Source: Ptychomitrium polyphyllum (taxonomy: Eukaryota). Taken from it: 64,000 nucleotides of DNA. Of this stretch, positions 51,201 through 64,000 are shown piece by piece. The notes beneath the pieces are model-generated. The model was given only the letters and a program-made list of their open reading frames with translations, did no database searches and was not told where the DNA came from. The DNA lies in NCBI GenBank assembly GCA_973851085.1, contig OZ316775.1:10354001-10418000 (forward strand), read 5' to 3'. Position numbers and translations under genes: made by a program. The first letter of the stretch is position 1; the number at the start of each line of letters is the position of its first letter.

Positions 51201-53066
51201 ACAGCGACTGAGAACGTCCAGGGAATAAGTCACTTGCGTGCGAACTCTGTTAATTTTCATTCCGACTCACCTCTTTCAGCAACAACATTGTTAAACGAAT
51301 TTCAGTTTCTAAGACTTGAATAGGAAAATACTCTAGTCTTGGAGTCTTCTCCGTCATACTTGGAATAATGCATATCACAGAGAGGTCCAAATGATTAACG
51401 ATCCTGTGGTGAATCATGGATTCCACTAGTAAAGCAGGAGATGCGAGGGGAGTCATCTGATTGCAGTGATCCAATAGACGATGACGATGAGAAAGGAGGC
51501 CCCAGATCCGGTCGCCGTCATTTGTCGAAGAACTTGGTTGCGGAGCGCAAGCGCCGTAAAAAATTAAATGAACGCCTCTACTTGTTGCGGGCTCTTGTTC
51601 CAAAGATTACAAAGGTGTAACTGGAGTCCTATAATATATTCCCTACCTGTTTGATCCTTAGATGATCTAGAATTGTTCAACACGACTTTTTAGATACCAG
51701 TGAGTGTGTACGTAGTTCTCGGCTGTAAACTGATTCAAATGGAGCAGGGATTACAGCATTTATTATTTATTGCGGACATATTTGCAGATGGATCGCGCAT
51801 CAATATTGGGGGATGCAATAGAGTACGTGAAGGAATTACAACAACAGGTGAAGGAGTTGCAAGAGGAGCTTCTCATGGACGGCAAAGAAAGTAACATGCC
51901 TGCCGGAATAAATTTGGTTAATCTTGACGATGGAGCAGGAACTGCAGATCATCAAGAGGCAAAATCAGGGGGAGTTGTCAATGACATAGCGCAATGTTCT
52001 GCTAAGATTGATTCACAGAATGCCACAATTGAGGTAATTGACAGGCAAGGCGACCAGGAGCTCACCCAGCCTATGCAAGTAAGTGCTGCACTCTAGCTCT
52101 TCCTGATTCCAGAGGTGTTGGCTGTTAAATAGTTGAAAACAAACCACACCTGAAGCTTTGAAGGTACCATTGCTTCTCACGTTAATAGTGTTTGCTTGAG
52201 TTCAAGGAGGTAGACCTAAAATTCTGATTATCTTAGTTGATCAATTTCAGAATGGTAATTACAGACAAAAAGGAAAATCTGCTCTTATCTGCAGTAACTT
52301 CACGAATTATTGATAACCTGTACCATGAATTAAGATTTTGCAAGGTTAGCTAAAGGGTATTATGGAGCCTGACTCTGTTTACGGTGATTCAGATCGAAGT
52401 GAACAAGATGGATGGTCGTCTTTTTAGCCTAAGGATCTTTTGTGAGAAACGGCCTGGCGTATTTGTGAAATTGATGCAAGCTCTTGATGTCCTTGGTCTC
52501 AATGTTGTCCACGCCAACATTACCACTTTCCGTGGCTTAATCCTCAACATTTTCAATGCCGAGGTTCGTTATTGCTCAGCTCCATCACCTCAGAATTTTA
52601 TCGTCTTTAAATTTTGCAGTTAGTATCCATGTAAGCAAACCAACAAGGATTGTACTCCTGTTCTAAAGGTGAAGCAAACCAGAAGTTGCACAAGGCTGAG
52701 AACCAGGTTGCCTGCTAGAAAAATCGTACTATTAAACGTACCTCTGCGGATCAGATTACATGGCCCTCCAGAAGTGGGATCACTGACTAGAGTTTTGATT
52801 GTATAAACATGTATATATCAAGTGGATTTGGACCATGAAACCGAACATGAAGATTACATTAACTAACACTGCTCGGTAACATGCTTGTGCAGGTAAGAGA
52901 CAAGGAACTGGTGGGTGCCGAGCAAGTGCGAGAGACTTTGTTAGAGATGGCGTCGCAGTCGAGCCATCCTGCACTCATGAATACTTCAGATTGCCCCAAC
53001 TTGCAACCATCTCCCATAAGTGAAGAAAGAGTACTGGAGAACGTGACTGAAGGACCGCTCCCATAG
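48225..53066 (+). CDS. AMS: ABORTED MICROSPORES/TDR-like bHLH transcription factor (bHLH-MYC N domain, bHLH, ACT-like), 11 coding exons
   Basis: 48225-48325 ([21 protein letters not shown]), 48820-49011 ([10 protein letters not shown]), 49565-49634, 50145-50216 ([15 protein letters not shown]), 50417-50672, 50811-50873, ~51132-51187, ~51430-51614 (SDCSD...[30 protein letters not shown]), 51788-52078 ([17 protein letters not shown]), 52393-52563 (ACT-like), 52893-53066. Confidence 0.92.
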
Positions 53067-55064
53067 ACATACACTCCAAGTATGACACATGAGAAACTAA
53101 CTAGACTCTGAAATGGCTGAGTTGCACCTTATTGTGCTCACAGTCAACACTGGAAGCAAGGAAGAACAATATATCATAACTTGATTGTGTTGTATGGTAA
53201 ATCTCCTGAGATTACTCAACAGCTAAAGGTTTATTAGATCCCATTCATTTGTATATTCATTTCCTTTCCACGTGACTTCATTTACCACCACTAAGTTACT
53301 TGGAGTCTACGTCCAGCGTCGTACGCACATTTAAACAGAGGTCGTCGTCAGAAGAAGGCCCACCTTTCTACAGGGTCACAATGTGAACCAGATGCAGTAT
53401 GAAGAAACTCTCCAAGCATCTTCCAGAAGCACAGTAATTTTTGAATCATTCTAGAAACTTGATTCAGTCTAACTTCGATTGTCCGAGTCAGATCGGGCCA
53501 TGGCACCGTATAAATAGGCTGCTCTGCCATACCATATCCTGTTCAGTTGAACAATTTTCTGCTCCCTTTAGTACTACGGGTACGGATTAGTACAGTCACA
53601 GCTGCTTGTTATTACTCGGCTTACTTGTGAATTGATTGCATTCCACATGTAAGATACTGAGATCTACGGTCGATTGGATGGATCTGCTGTCAGTAAAAAG
53701 TTAACTGAACTAGTTTCGAGGGAGAGAAGTGAAAAATGAAAATGAAAGTGAACAATGAAAGTCCTGTAGTAGAACCACTACGTCGCCGTCGGACATCACG
53801 AGTCACAACTCTTTCCCATTTTTTGTTTACTTTTAAAAACTAGATTTAGAAAAATCCCTTGTCTTTTTAAGATAGATGTTCCCTATAGTTCTGAGTTCCC
53901 AGGCCCCCTCTTCTGCAGTCTCCTGCATACCGACAGCACAAGTGCTCAGCAACTTACGAGCAAGTCCTCCCACGAAACCAAATAACACTCTGGTTCCTTT
54001 TCATTTCCTTGGTTTCTCCGTCAGCCTACCAGGTTTCTAAATGGCTGCTGCTCAGACCTCCATAATAAAAGCGTAACTAATTTCTTAATGCTTTTTGTGT
54101 GCCCGAAGTGCATACCAACTCAAACTCCTATCTCAACTCCTCCTGAGACTTGGGCAACCTTCACTGATCTTCTTGGCAACCGAGCTCGTTGATACATTCC
54201 CACCTCCCCCTAACGAAACCATCCCCCCACCGTCGCCCCTCGCCTCTCGAGGTATATACCCAAAACCGAGATCAAAATACGACTTTAGAACATTTTCCGG
54301 TGGAAAATCTGTGAATTTCGTAGAGTGTCAATAGAATGCACGATGACCGTACCCAAAACCGACATTCTCCAGTTAGATTGTAAATTTAGTGAAGTGGAAT
54401 GTACGCATGTGGAAGATGATATTTAGTTTTGGGCATGGTCACATATCCCTTAGACGCAACGAAACCTAGTTGGCGAGACGCCCTCTCCGTCAACCGCGAC
54501 GGAAACGCGTCGACTAGAAGGCCCTTTCCGTCGATGCCCAACGGAGTCCTGGGGGCTTCTCTATTTCGGGTGCCGGGGCAGCTTTGCTGTGAACATCTTG
54601 GTGTCGTTGAGGTGGCATCTTCTGCGTGGGGAAGTTTTTAGGTTATTTTTGCGAGAGTGCTCAAGCTTCTTCACTTTTAGGTTTGCAGAGAGCGAGGGAG
54701 GGCTTGCATTTTGGGGTCATTGATCCATGATATAGCGTCTTACAACTTCTGCCGTCGTCGCGTATCTATCAGCAGTGAATAGTGAATCCCAGGAGTGGGA
54801 GAGAGAGTTCGTGCGAAGATAGTGTCTGAGCGTTGCGGATGAAAGGAACAGCAATTTCATGTTGAAGTTTGCTGATTGTTCCTAGTTTCGCCATCTGGGG
54901 TTTCAGAACTTCTGTTCGTGTTGGAGCGGACATAGCAATGCGTTGCTAGGTTTTGAGCTGGAGGCCATCCGTTTCTTGACTTTATGGCTTTGGAGTGAGA
55001 GAGAATAGGAAGAAAAGAGCTTCTTGTGAGGTTTGGTCGTTGGGGAGTGGAGAGAAGACTGGCG

Positions 55065-55760
55065 ATGGCGCCCTCAGCGAACGGGCAGAAGCCCGCGGTG
55101 CAGCACAGAGTTTACATAGTAGAACGGCGGGCTGAGTTTCGGGAGTTGAACTCGCAAATAGACCCTAACACGGAGCAACAACCATACGAGCCGGAGATTT
55201 CGTACCTGGACTTCGCGTATCTGGATGAGAAGCAGGCGTACGCGATTGCGATTCGGGAGCAGATTCTGGAGCTTGACGAGAACGGGCGGACGCACGATGG
55301 GCGGAAGGTGGCTGCGCAGACGAACTTATCGTTGAAGGAACGGTTGAAAAGCATACACAAAGTGGTCGACATCGCGGCGGAAGCGCATGAGGACCCGGAG
55401 GCGCCGGTGGTGAAATTTGAGGTGTTGGAGTTTCCGTTGGCGCCCGTGCAGCCGTTCCAGGAGGGCGACTTGTTGAAGGAGCTCGGCGACCAATCTGACT
55501 CGGAAGACATAGAGGATGAGGAGGAGGAGCTCGGTGATGAGGATGATGGCGACGAAGAAGATGTTGAGGAGGAAGTTGATGAAGGGGAGGAAGGTGTGGA
55601 AGAGGAAGAGGTAGAGGGTGAAGACGAAGATGACGACGAGGAGGCTGAAGATGATCTTGAAGACTTAGACGATGAGGATGAAGGCGAGGAGGTGGATGAC
55701 GACGAGGAAGACGAGGACGACTCCGATGCGGCACCACAGACCAAGAAACAAAGAAAGTAG
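55065..55760 (+). CDS. Intronless hypothetical protein (231 aa): ~140-aa N-terminal domain, ~80-aa Asp/Glu tract, C-terminal NLS-like TKKQRK
   Basis: ATG is in strong context (gcgATGgcg), the frame is uninterrupted and GC3-rich, and a long D/E tract is followed by a basic tail. Confidence 0.85.
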   Translation: MAPSANGQKPAVQHRVYIVERRAEFRELNSQIDPNTEQQPYEPEISYLDFAYLDEKQAYAIAIREQILELDENGRTHDGRKVAAQTNLSLKERLKSIHKVVDIAAEAHEDPEAPVVKFEVLEFPLAPVQPFQEGDLLKELGDQSDSEDIEDEEEELGDEDDGDEEDVEEEVDEGEEGVEEEEVEGEDEDDDEEAEDDLEDLDDEDEGEEVDDDEEDEDDSDAAPQTKKQRK

Positions 55761-57391
55761 AGCGTCTCTTCTCACTTCTAAAACGGTGGGATGAAAGTGA
55801 TTGAAGTACCTGAGGCGACTTGGACTTTTGTGGAGGCTTGCACACACCCTCAGGCGAGCGGCGCTGATGATGGAGCCAGGGTCAACCGCTACAGAGATGC
55901 GGCCGCATGGGAATCACCTCTCGACTCTCGCCCGGAGGAAGTCTCACTCCGCACTCGTATAGACGTTCCTTGTGTGAAGAATACGTAGGGATTTCCTAAG
56001 AGCAAACCCGACATCAACAGTAGTTAGGTGTAAAGAGATGGACCAGGCCGTGCCTCCAGCCTATACGGCGGCTGGCCATGATTAGGTGTAGATGTTTATT
56101 GTGTTTTGACACTTGGAAGAGATGGCTGCTTTCGTTCAAAGGAAATAACTTATGTTAGTGTTGATCCTGGTCATCAGGACACTGCAAACCGGTGCGAGTG
56201 GATTTTGGTTGCGTGTGACCAACTCTTCTGTACCAGTTCCAGACTGAAGAATACTGCTATGGATCTTTTCAGAAAAGCGCGTGCGATGTTCTCGCTCAAA
56301 TAAGTTACGGTTGTGATTACGAAGTAGCTTCTCTTCAACTGATAATATCATTTTCTCACTTTTGTTCATTTATCTCCACTGCCCACTTGCATAGTATTGT
56401 TCAGTGTTGTCTTCATATGTTTCAAGAAAAGTCGCTACAGTATTGTGCATGTCCTCCCCTATTTGTCTAAGATACAGTAGTGTAATAAGATCCTTGGAAT
56501 TGTGCTCTTTCTACTCTTGACCATAGCCAGGGACTCCAGAATTCCCTGCTTTCACTGCCTGTGCTTGTCGGTAACCATATATTTATCCTTATCATCTGAT
56601 CTATAACTTATTAACTAAATTATTTGGTTCTTGTGGACGTGATTTGGGATGCGTGGAGTGTGGACGTTTATGCTGAAGCGACGTACGTCACGACGTTGCG
56701 ATAATTATCTCAACAGTTCCACTTCACTGCCTTGAAGCATCTACTGGCGAGCGTCAAGGAATGACTTGCAGTGTTTACTGTTCAGTGTCAGATGCACCTA
56801 TCCCCGTTCAATGTCAGACCAAGTACCAGAGGTACACAAACAATTGCTTCTCTGCTCAAGTTTCAACTGATGCCAAATCCATCTTCTCTTCGGTTTCATG
56901 CTAGGCGGTATAATTTAGCAACAACATGCTAGAATGTTCCCTTCTCGTTTAAGGGCATCTTCTTAAGAGGACAGCACAAAAGAATTGATTTAGAGTTTCT
57001 TTTAAATAGCTGAAAGTGGATGACGGACCTGATGTAATAGTCGAAAGTGAATGTACGTACTATTCTACGTATTTATCGGGCCAACTTGTAACAAAAGTGG
57101 CGTCTTCCTTACAGTAAAAAACACATACCATGACCAATCCGAGGTTTCTCCAGAAGGCATTACTGAAATTTTGGTTTCAGGAGGTTATGTATTTACTTGT
57201 TTTATGTTTTACCTGCCATATAATTACGCAATTGACTCAATGTGCAGAAGCAGTATCTTTATAGTTTTTCAGAAACACTAAAATCAGAGTATGACAATGG
57301 ACAACTAAGTTGTGCTATTAAGTACCAAAACTTTGAAAATCCACGACGCGCCATAATGAACGGATTTTACTTTGAGTCACTCAGATTGAGA

Positions 57392-60006
57392 CTAGTTTGA
57401 GTCTTCTCTGCATATTCCATTGTTTAGGAAAGTTGGTAAATACCATCATCTAAAAGAGTTTGCAAAGTCGGAATTGTTATCTTCATCTGTATCACTACTG
57501 CCGGAATCTGAATCACTGGTGATGGACCCCCAGTGCGCTGGCTGTGTGAATGCTTAGCACGTACCTCACCACCCGCAACACGCCAATTTCAAAATGAATT
57601 AACTACAAAATTCTGGTCAGGGAAAATCAAAAAGGAGAAGTAAAAAGAAACATAAACTGCATGCGAAAACACAGCTTCCACATTGCCAATACAGAGACGG
57701 TACTATGCTGTCTAAATGATAACCTTTGCAAGAATCCAGGGTAAACGTTGGTGGTCAGAAAATAGGCATGCATATCTTACTGTCTATATACCCTATTGCG
57801 GCCTGCAAATCATTATTAGGGTATTCAAAGACGTTCCTCAGGCTTTGAACGACTTTTGACTAAAATACCTTTCCCAAAACATGTGAACATATAGAGCAAC
57901 GAAAGTCTGAATACCTGGCTGACAGACATTGGCCTGGGTGTATGATGTTCCAAAACCTGATTCCTTGCAACACATCCGCCTCTGGCAGATTTCCAAGGGG
58001 GGCCGACCAACTATATTACTCCTTTGCAAACTGGACAGTAAGCTCTACCTCAGGTGAAGAAACGTGATGGCCGATCTGCAGGAAAAAAAACGGTCACATG
58101 TAGAATACAAATTAAATTGAGGATTTTGCAGTAATACGTATCAAAGATTATTCCTAAACTGCAGTTGCTTCATGATTGAATACACAAATTCCTGATCCCC
58201 AACATACCTTTTGAAGCAAGATTGAAAGCTTTGCGCCAGAACTGGCTTTTTGGGACACGATGGACAATATTTAGGTTATCTGGTAGCTTTTTGAAGTCCT
58301 GTTTCTGGTGGTTACCTTGATCAGGTTTATAAATAGCTTCATAAAATCCAGCTGCAGTCGTAAGGCTGGGTTTTGGATTACAAAAGAGATATGAATACTG
58401 GGTATGCCACTGTGTCATTAGTTGCGGCAACATTCCACCCCCTTCAATAGAGAGTTTGTCATCCACGAAATTGTCAGTTGCTCCACATAGGAGGATTCGG
58501 GTGACTTTTGACAACGCACAGGGGAGACTCTATCTAAGACCCTGAAACAGAACAAAGCTGCAAAGCTCGTTTCTGGATGAATCCTGAACAGAGTGGAATG
58601 CAAATATTTTAGAATTACCGGCAATCCGCAGAAGCTGTGGCCAATAATCGGGAATCCAAAAATTCAAGAACATGTTGCAGTGTGTCCCCAGATAGCTGTA
58701 AGTGTTCTGTCACAGCAGAATAACTATTCGGGTTACAAGAGGTCATTGGCTTGACATGCGCCACGATAAGCAAAATAATGCACTGTATGTTCTTAGCATC
58801 TCGAGTAAAGACAGAGTCAGATGGAAAAAAATTCGTAAACCCACGAGTCTTGTGTAACATAACAAAGCTGCGAGACATGGTGACAGGTTCAGACAAGTGT
58901 ATCAGGCAGAGGCTCAGGGTTTTTTAGTATCGGTGGCATGCTAACATTGCAGTTTTGTATCGATGAACTACTAAAGCACGCCGCCGCTTGGGAAATAGAT
59001 CCCCTACGATTTGCAGCAACAAGTTTGCAGCTCCTAGTTGACGACTATTCTCCATCCTGCAATCACAACAGTCAGTAATATTCTGACGTGAAATCTGTTT
59101 CTCGTGAATCATCGCCTTCTATGACCACTTATACAATCATATAGAGAAGGTTTGGAAAGAGGAGAAAATTACATTTGAGAGAAGAGAATCTGTATACCTA
59201 AGCAAAGTGCGAAATGCATGGACGACATCATCGTAAAGCAGTGCCTCAAAACGGCTTTGATGCGTAGACGTAGACACCTCGCAAAACACATCGTAGCTTC
59301 TTGTATACTTCTACATAGTCATATCTGCACAACATAGGTAGCGGTTCATAGGTCATACAGAATCTTCATGCTCATTCATAGGCTCGTAGATGTGAACTGT
59401 AGGTGACACCAAAAACCTACGATGCTAAACTAACTCAAGCTAACACGGACAGTAGCGCATTAGCTCCCACTCTTAAAATCCCGTCTCACATAGGTTTGCA
59501 GAATTGTACGAAAATGAATCTTAGTAAATAAAATAATATCGCAAGGCAAATTGTGAACATTAGCATGTGTTGGCAGCGATAAATCATACATGATAAAGTA
59601 CAAAATCGAACACCCCTAAACCCCAGATAAGATTATAAAACATGCAACTATCAACGGTAAGGAACACTACTCCAAAGCCAAACATCTTCAAGATGAACTA
59701 AGAAACAGGAGAGGCACATTTGAATAAGATTTGTGGACTCTCTAGGTAGCAGAATCGCCAATCATAACCCATGCTTCGGGACAAAAAATTGTACTACTAC
59801 TCGCAATGGACGTTTGACTACAGACACCCACATGCACTTACGTCACACCCGCGCGGTGGAAATGCTACAAGGATCGAAAGAATCACCGCTATCCCATGAA
59901 CCCACACAAGTAGCCCTAAAATGCTGCTCTCGACATGCGCAGATGACATAACTTATCTGCGAGAGATGGCGTTGTGCAACTCCAAAGCTTGATAGCGGCG
60001 CTGCAT
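57392..60006 (-). pseudogene. F-box protein pseudogene (At5g52880-type)
   Basis: Segments collinear with the family: MQRRYQALELHNAISR / YDYVEVYKKLRCVLRGVY..KPF [frameshift] EALLYDDVVHAFRTL / MENSRQLGAANLLLQ...PKRRRAL...HRY* / F-box LSGDTLQHVLEFLDSRLLATASADCR / WNVAATNDT [frameshift] WHTQYSYLF...FWRKAF / RFFT*GRAYCPVCKGVI* / SDSDSGSSDTDED...R*WYL. The first donor reads ag|ataagt instead of ag|gtaagt. Confidence 0.85.
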
Positions 60007-61134
60007 ATCTCCCTTTACAATCCAATAACTCTCGTTAATGGCTGTGGTTGTCTGCGTTAGCAGAATGGTTGTTGCGTTGCACTCCCATTCTGATATTAGT
60101 CCGCCATAGCCATCCCCGTTCAAGTTTCCCGAGAACTCGCGAGTTTTAGACCATGTTCCCCCGTTCCCACACTCTCGCTTTGCGATATTGGAGACTCGCG
60201 TTCTTTTGCTCAACAGGGTTGAAAGGATTTCCAATCTTTGCACTGTTTTGGTTCATGGGTTCTGTGAAGGTTATGTTATATGATGGGGAGATCAACAAGT
60301 GGCGGGTGGTACAACAGCCGCGAGAAGAGGCTGCGTTTGCAGTTGCAACTTCGTCATTTGATGCAGAGGAGCTCGTTTCTCTCAGGTCTGCTCATGCCAC
60401 CATTTTTTCTTAGCAGTACAGGAGTTCGAATTGTAAAGCTTTTGTGGTGACTTCGTGTTGTAAAGCTTGATTAGTTCTGGTTCTGGCTCCCTGGTGGGGG
60501 TTTAGGGTACAGGTATGAAGTTAGAGTAGCGACCACTCAGTAATTCGCAATGAGCATTGTTTTGTGCTTGGGACATGGCTTGGGAGATAGGATTGCATAG
60601 TAGAAAGTAGCGTTTGTACGCCCTCTTAGTTATGGATAGCTGAACTTGACAAAGGCGCACTTGCGTTTTAATGCAACTAGGTTCATCAGTTCATGGAATC
60701 CCCCGTAGACAAAGTCTTAGATGGCGTCTGATTCTGATTGATGTGCAGCTTGTTGTGCTTTTATCTTCCAGGTCTTGTAGGCGCCACCACGAAGGCTTGA
60801 GGCCAATGTTTCACAGAGGAGGAGTTCCTGTTCCTGGGGTTGCAATTGACAAAGATTATTAGGAACCTCGAGGACTTGTGGAAAGCAAGCACTGTAAAGC
60901 AATGGTAGCTGTTCATGCAAAGCTTCCTGGCATCTGAAGGAGGGTAGGAACCATAGGCGGTTAAAGTTTCGATGCCACAATTGCGATTCCGGTTGATTTG
61001 TGACTGCTTGCGCGGAAATTGGATATAGAGGCTCTTTTCTCTTGGGAGAGTTTGAGACGACGAGGCAGGAGGTTTAACGATCATTTGGTACTGGTTTAGG
61101 GATTGAGAATATTATGCTCTAGAAACAAGCAGAG

Positions 61135-63270
61135 ATGGAGAAGTTTTTGCCTGTGAGGAGAGACCGTTCGGGATCTTACAAGTGGTCCGAATGTGTGCGA
61201 TACTCGCTGCTTGCACTTGCCAAAGGTCCTGGAGCAAGCCAGGTCGAGAGCGGGGTAGCGCTTTACAATTGCATATTTGACATGCAACGCGAGAGTGGAT
61301 TGCTGCACGCGACCCACATGGCACGGGCCACTGCAGATGGCATCTCTCTGTTTTTCGACGATCTGTTGTCCCAATCTGCCGGTCGAAACTTCTTCCACAA
61401 GCTGTTGCCTGAGATAGCAAAGCTTGCTCTCTCCTTGCCCCTTTTGCTGGAGAATCAATCTAACGACCTGGCGAACCTCTTTACGTTGCACAGGAGGGGG
61501 AAGGCTCTGGACTCCTGTGGAGGGGTCCATCCGGAGATGGTTTTGAAGCTCCTGCGCCAACAACAGCGAGGGATTGTGGTCTTGAGCCAGCGCATGGTGG
61601 CCTCCCTGTTGGCCTGCTGTTTCTTGTGTCTGTACCCCTCCGCAGAACGAAGGAAAGAAAATCTGCCTCATGTGAATTTCGATCGACTTTTTGCAGGGGT
61701 TTATGAGAGAGGGGAGAGTATCCAGCATAAGCTCATTTGTCTCCTCCATTATTTTGGGCGCGTCTGTCAAAGTATGCCAGACGGTGCTGTTTCGTTTGAG
61801 CGGAAGGTCATACCCACGCAAAATTTGAGGAATGGCAATAATTTTTGGAGCACCAGTACAGCTCCGCTTTGCCCCCTCACGGTGGTGGCAGATGGCTCAA
61901 TCGAGGATCTTGGTCAAAACTGCCTGCAGGTTGACTTCGCAAACAAAATTCTCGGTGGGGGAGCACTTGCTGATGGCTGCGTTCAGGTCAATTTCTAACT
62001 CCACAAGTTATAAGGGATTTGAAGTGATACGCTTTTGTTGATGTCATTTCGAAGGTGTTTGTGGTGTTTTTGAAATGATGTTGCTCCTTTTCTGTATATC
62101 TAACACTCTCAAAGTGGTGTTGCATTGGCAGGAGGAGATCCGGTTCATGATCAATCCCGAGCTTGCAGCCGGAATGGTCTTCCTGCCCGGAATGGCTGGA
62201 AATGAATCGATAGAAATAGTAGGTGCAGAGAGGTTCAGCTGTTACACAGGCTATGCGTCAAGTTTTCGCTTCACATGCGACTTCCGTGATTCTTTGCTTA
62301 GAGACATCTGGGGACGGAGACAAACTCACATTATTGCAATTGATGCACTTTCCCATCCAGGTGATGATCAGTTTAGTCTCACTTGCACGTACCGGGAGTT
62401 GAACAAGGCTTATTGTGGGTTCCTGGAGACTGGCACCTTGAAGAGTAATCCTGGAGCTTTGAGTTCAAGCAGCCAAGTAGGGGGAGTTTGTAATTCGCAG
62501 ACCAACGGCTTCTCCATGGAGTTAGAAACGCCCCAAATTGTTGATGTTCGTGATGAATGTCAAGAGTTAAGCTCTAACAATGCAGCATTGGATATGTCAC
62601 TTGATGATCCACCAGGTACAAGTGAACAAGTTCAAGGTAAAGTCCTTGGCATTGCAACAGGAAATTGGGGCTGTGGTGTATTCGGAGGCAACCTGGAACT
62701 TAAAAGCATGTTGCAATGGTTAGCAGCCTCCCAAGCAAGGCGTCCGTATGTTCTTTATTTCTCTTTCCAGAACCCTGCTGCCCAACGTTTACAGGTACTT
62801 GAGTTTCCAATGACATGAGCTGTTGGATCATCGTTGTAAAACTTTCTGATCATAGTTTCTTCAACCAGCAGCTTCTGACTGGTTTTATGAGTATCGCTTT
62901 ACTTTTTTTTGTGAAGGCATAAGTAACTTTTTTGGAAGTAGGTTTGTTTATGGTATGGATTATTTGCTTCGTTAGGGAGTTCACCAGTCACCTCGTCACC
63001 TGATCCATAGGTTCCTTGAAATTGTAGGAGGTCGTTGATTGGATTCTCCAGGAAGGATGGCTTGTTGGGGAATTATGGAATCTGATCTCTGAATATGGGC
63101 AAAAGAAGCACTTTAGAATCAATCTTTTCGACTGGATAATACCTCTTTCCGAGACTGAACTCGAGATTCTTCACCCTTTGCATCTTGATAGATGCAATCA
63201 GCAAAAGTCGGTTACTGGCTTTGTCCTCCCCAAGAGAGTGGCTGCAAGTACCTTTCGTACTTTGAAATAA
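61135..63270 (+). CDS. PARG: Poly(ADP-ribose) glycohydrolase, 3 coding exons
   Basis: Exons 61135-61986, 62132-62794, 63028-63270 join in frame. The catalytic signature LQVDFANKILGGGALADGCVQ|EEIRFMINPE is split by intron 1. YTGYASSF, RELNKAYCGF and IATGNWGCGVFGG are also present. Confidence 0.96.
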
Positions 63271-64000
63271 GAACTGATGAGAACATGTGTTAAATACAAT
63301 ACCTTGACCCAAGTTTTGTGTTCCGTCTCCCAACCCACTGTTCTCCTGATGCTTCTCACTCGCAAAGCTGGTCCACTACTCACCAATTTTTTGTTTACAA
63401 CACGGCTTGATGCCAATGCACTAAATTCAACATGTAATAAACTTACGCTTTATTATAAAAACATTTGATACAGCCTATTTTTGCTAACAGAAAGGTGAAG
63501 TTGCATAAGAAACAATATCACTTAAATATGCAAGTAATTTCAAAACAAACCAGTAGTTTAGTAACAAAATCTATCACTAGTCTTTTATAATTATTTTTTA
63601 AACTATTGTGAAAATTCGATGGTCTCTAATCGAATCTTTAATAAATTAACTATAACCTATCTATGAAAAGGATATTCTTTGATCTTGTTATTTTCTATCT
63701 AAAGTTTCTTCACTTCTATTATGTGGTTCTGCAATATTCCATCCAAATCTTTCTTCAAATTTGTTTTCTAGTGAACTGAATGTATTTGTACTTGTATCTT
63801 GGTATCATCCACTATTATCTTCATTTCTATTTTGTGGCCTTACAATTTTTTATCTAGACTTTTTTCAACTCTTGTTATTGCTTCTTCCATATCATGAGTC
63901 ATCATCTGTTCTTTTTTGTTTGTTATGCCATTGTTTGTTTTGGATGTAACTATGATGTGAGTAGTGAGCGGTGAACCATAAGATGTAAATACTGAGCATT

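Noticed and set aside
55112..55845. Poly-Ser and Pro/His-rich minus-strand ORFs
   Set aside because: These are the reverse complement of the GAG/GAC/GAT acidic tract of the plus-strand gene.

Overview
Eukaryotic land-plant nuclear DNA. Gene content and exon structure suggest a moss or other bryophyte, which is an inference. GC-rich gene islands alternate with very AT-rich spacers. Intact spliced genes assembled by hand from GT-AG junctions are V-ATPase subunit C (-), NF-YC (+), an RCC1/UVR8-like propeller (-), a 2xRRM Gly/Tyr-rich hnRNP A/B-Musashi-like protein (+), an RHF2A-like RING-H2 E3 ligase (+), an AMS/TDR-like bHLH (+) and PARG (+). There is also tRNA-Trp(CCA) and two apparently intronless orphan ORFs, one with an acidic tract and C-terminal NLS. 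Gene fossils lie between the live genes: a decayed copy of hnRNP exon 1 about 6 kb upstream of the live gene, a SKU5/SKS pseudogene, an At5g52880-type F-box pseudogene, a tRNA-Glu-like relic and a diverged ~0.8 kb duplication. The most interesting signals are four. (1) A low-GC3 exon and UAG-dense introns inside the otherwise GC3-saturated hnRNP gene, a candidate autoregulatory element. (2) A tRNA-Trp with no proximal terminator, directly upstream of an orphan ORF. (3) A spliced 73-aa uORF upstream of PARG. (4) The acidic orphan protein. No prokaryotic-type system such as CRISPR or an operon is evident.
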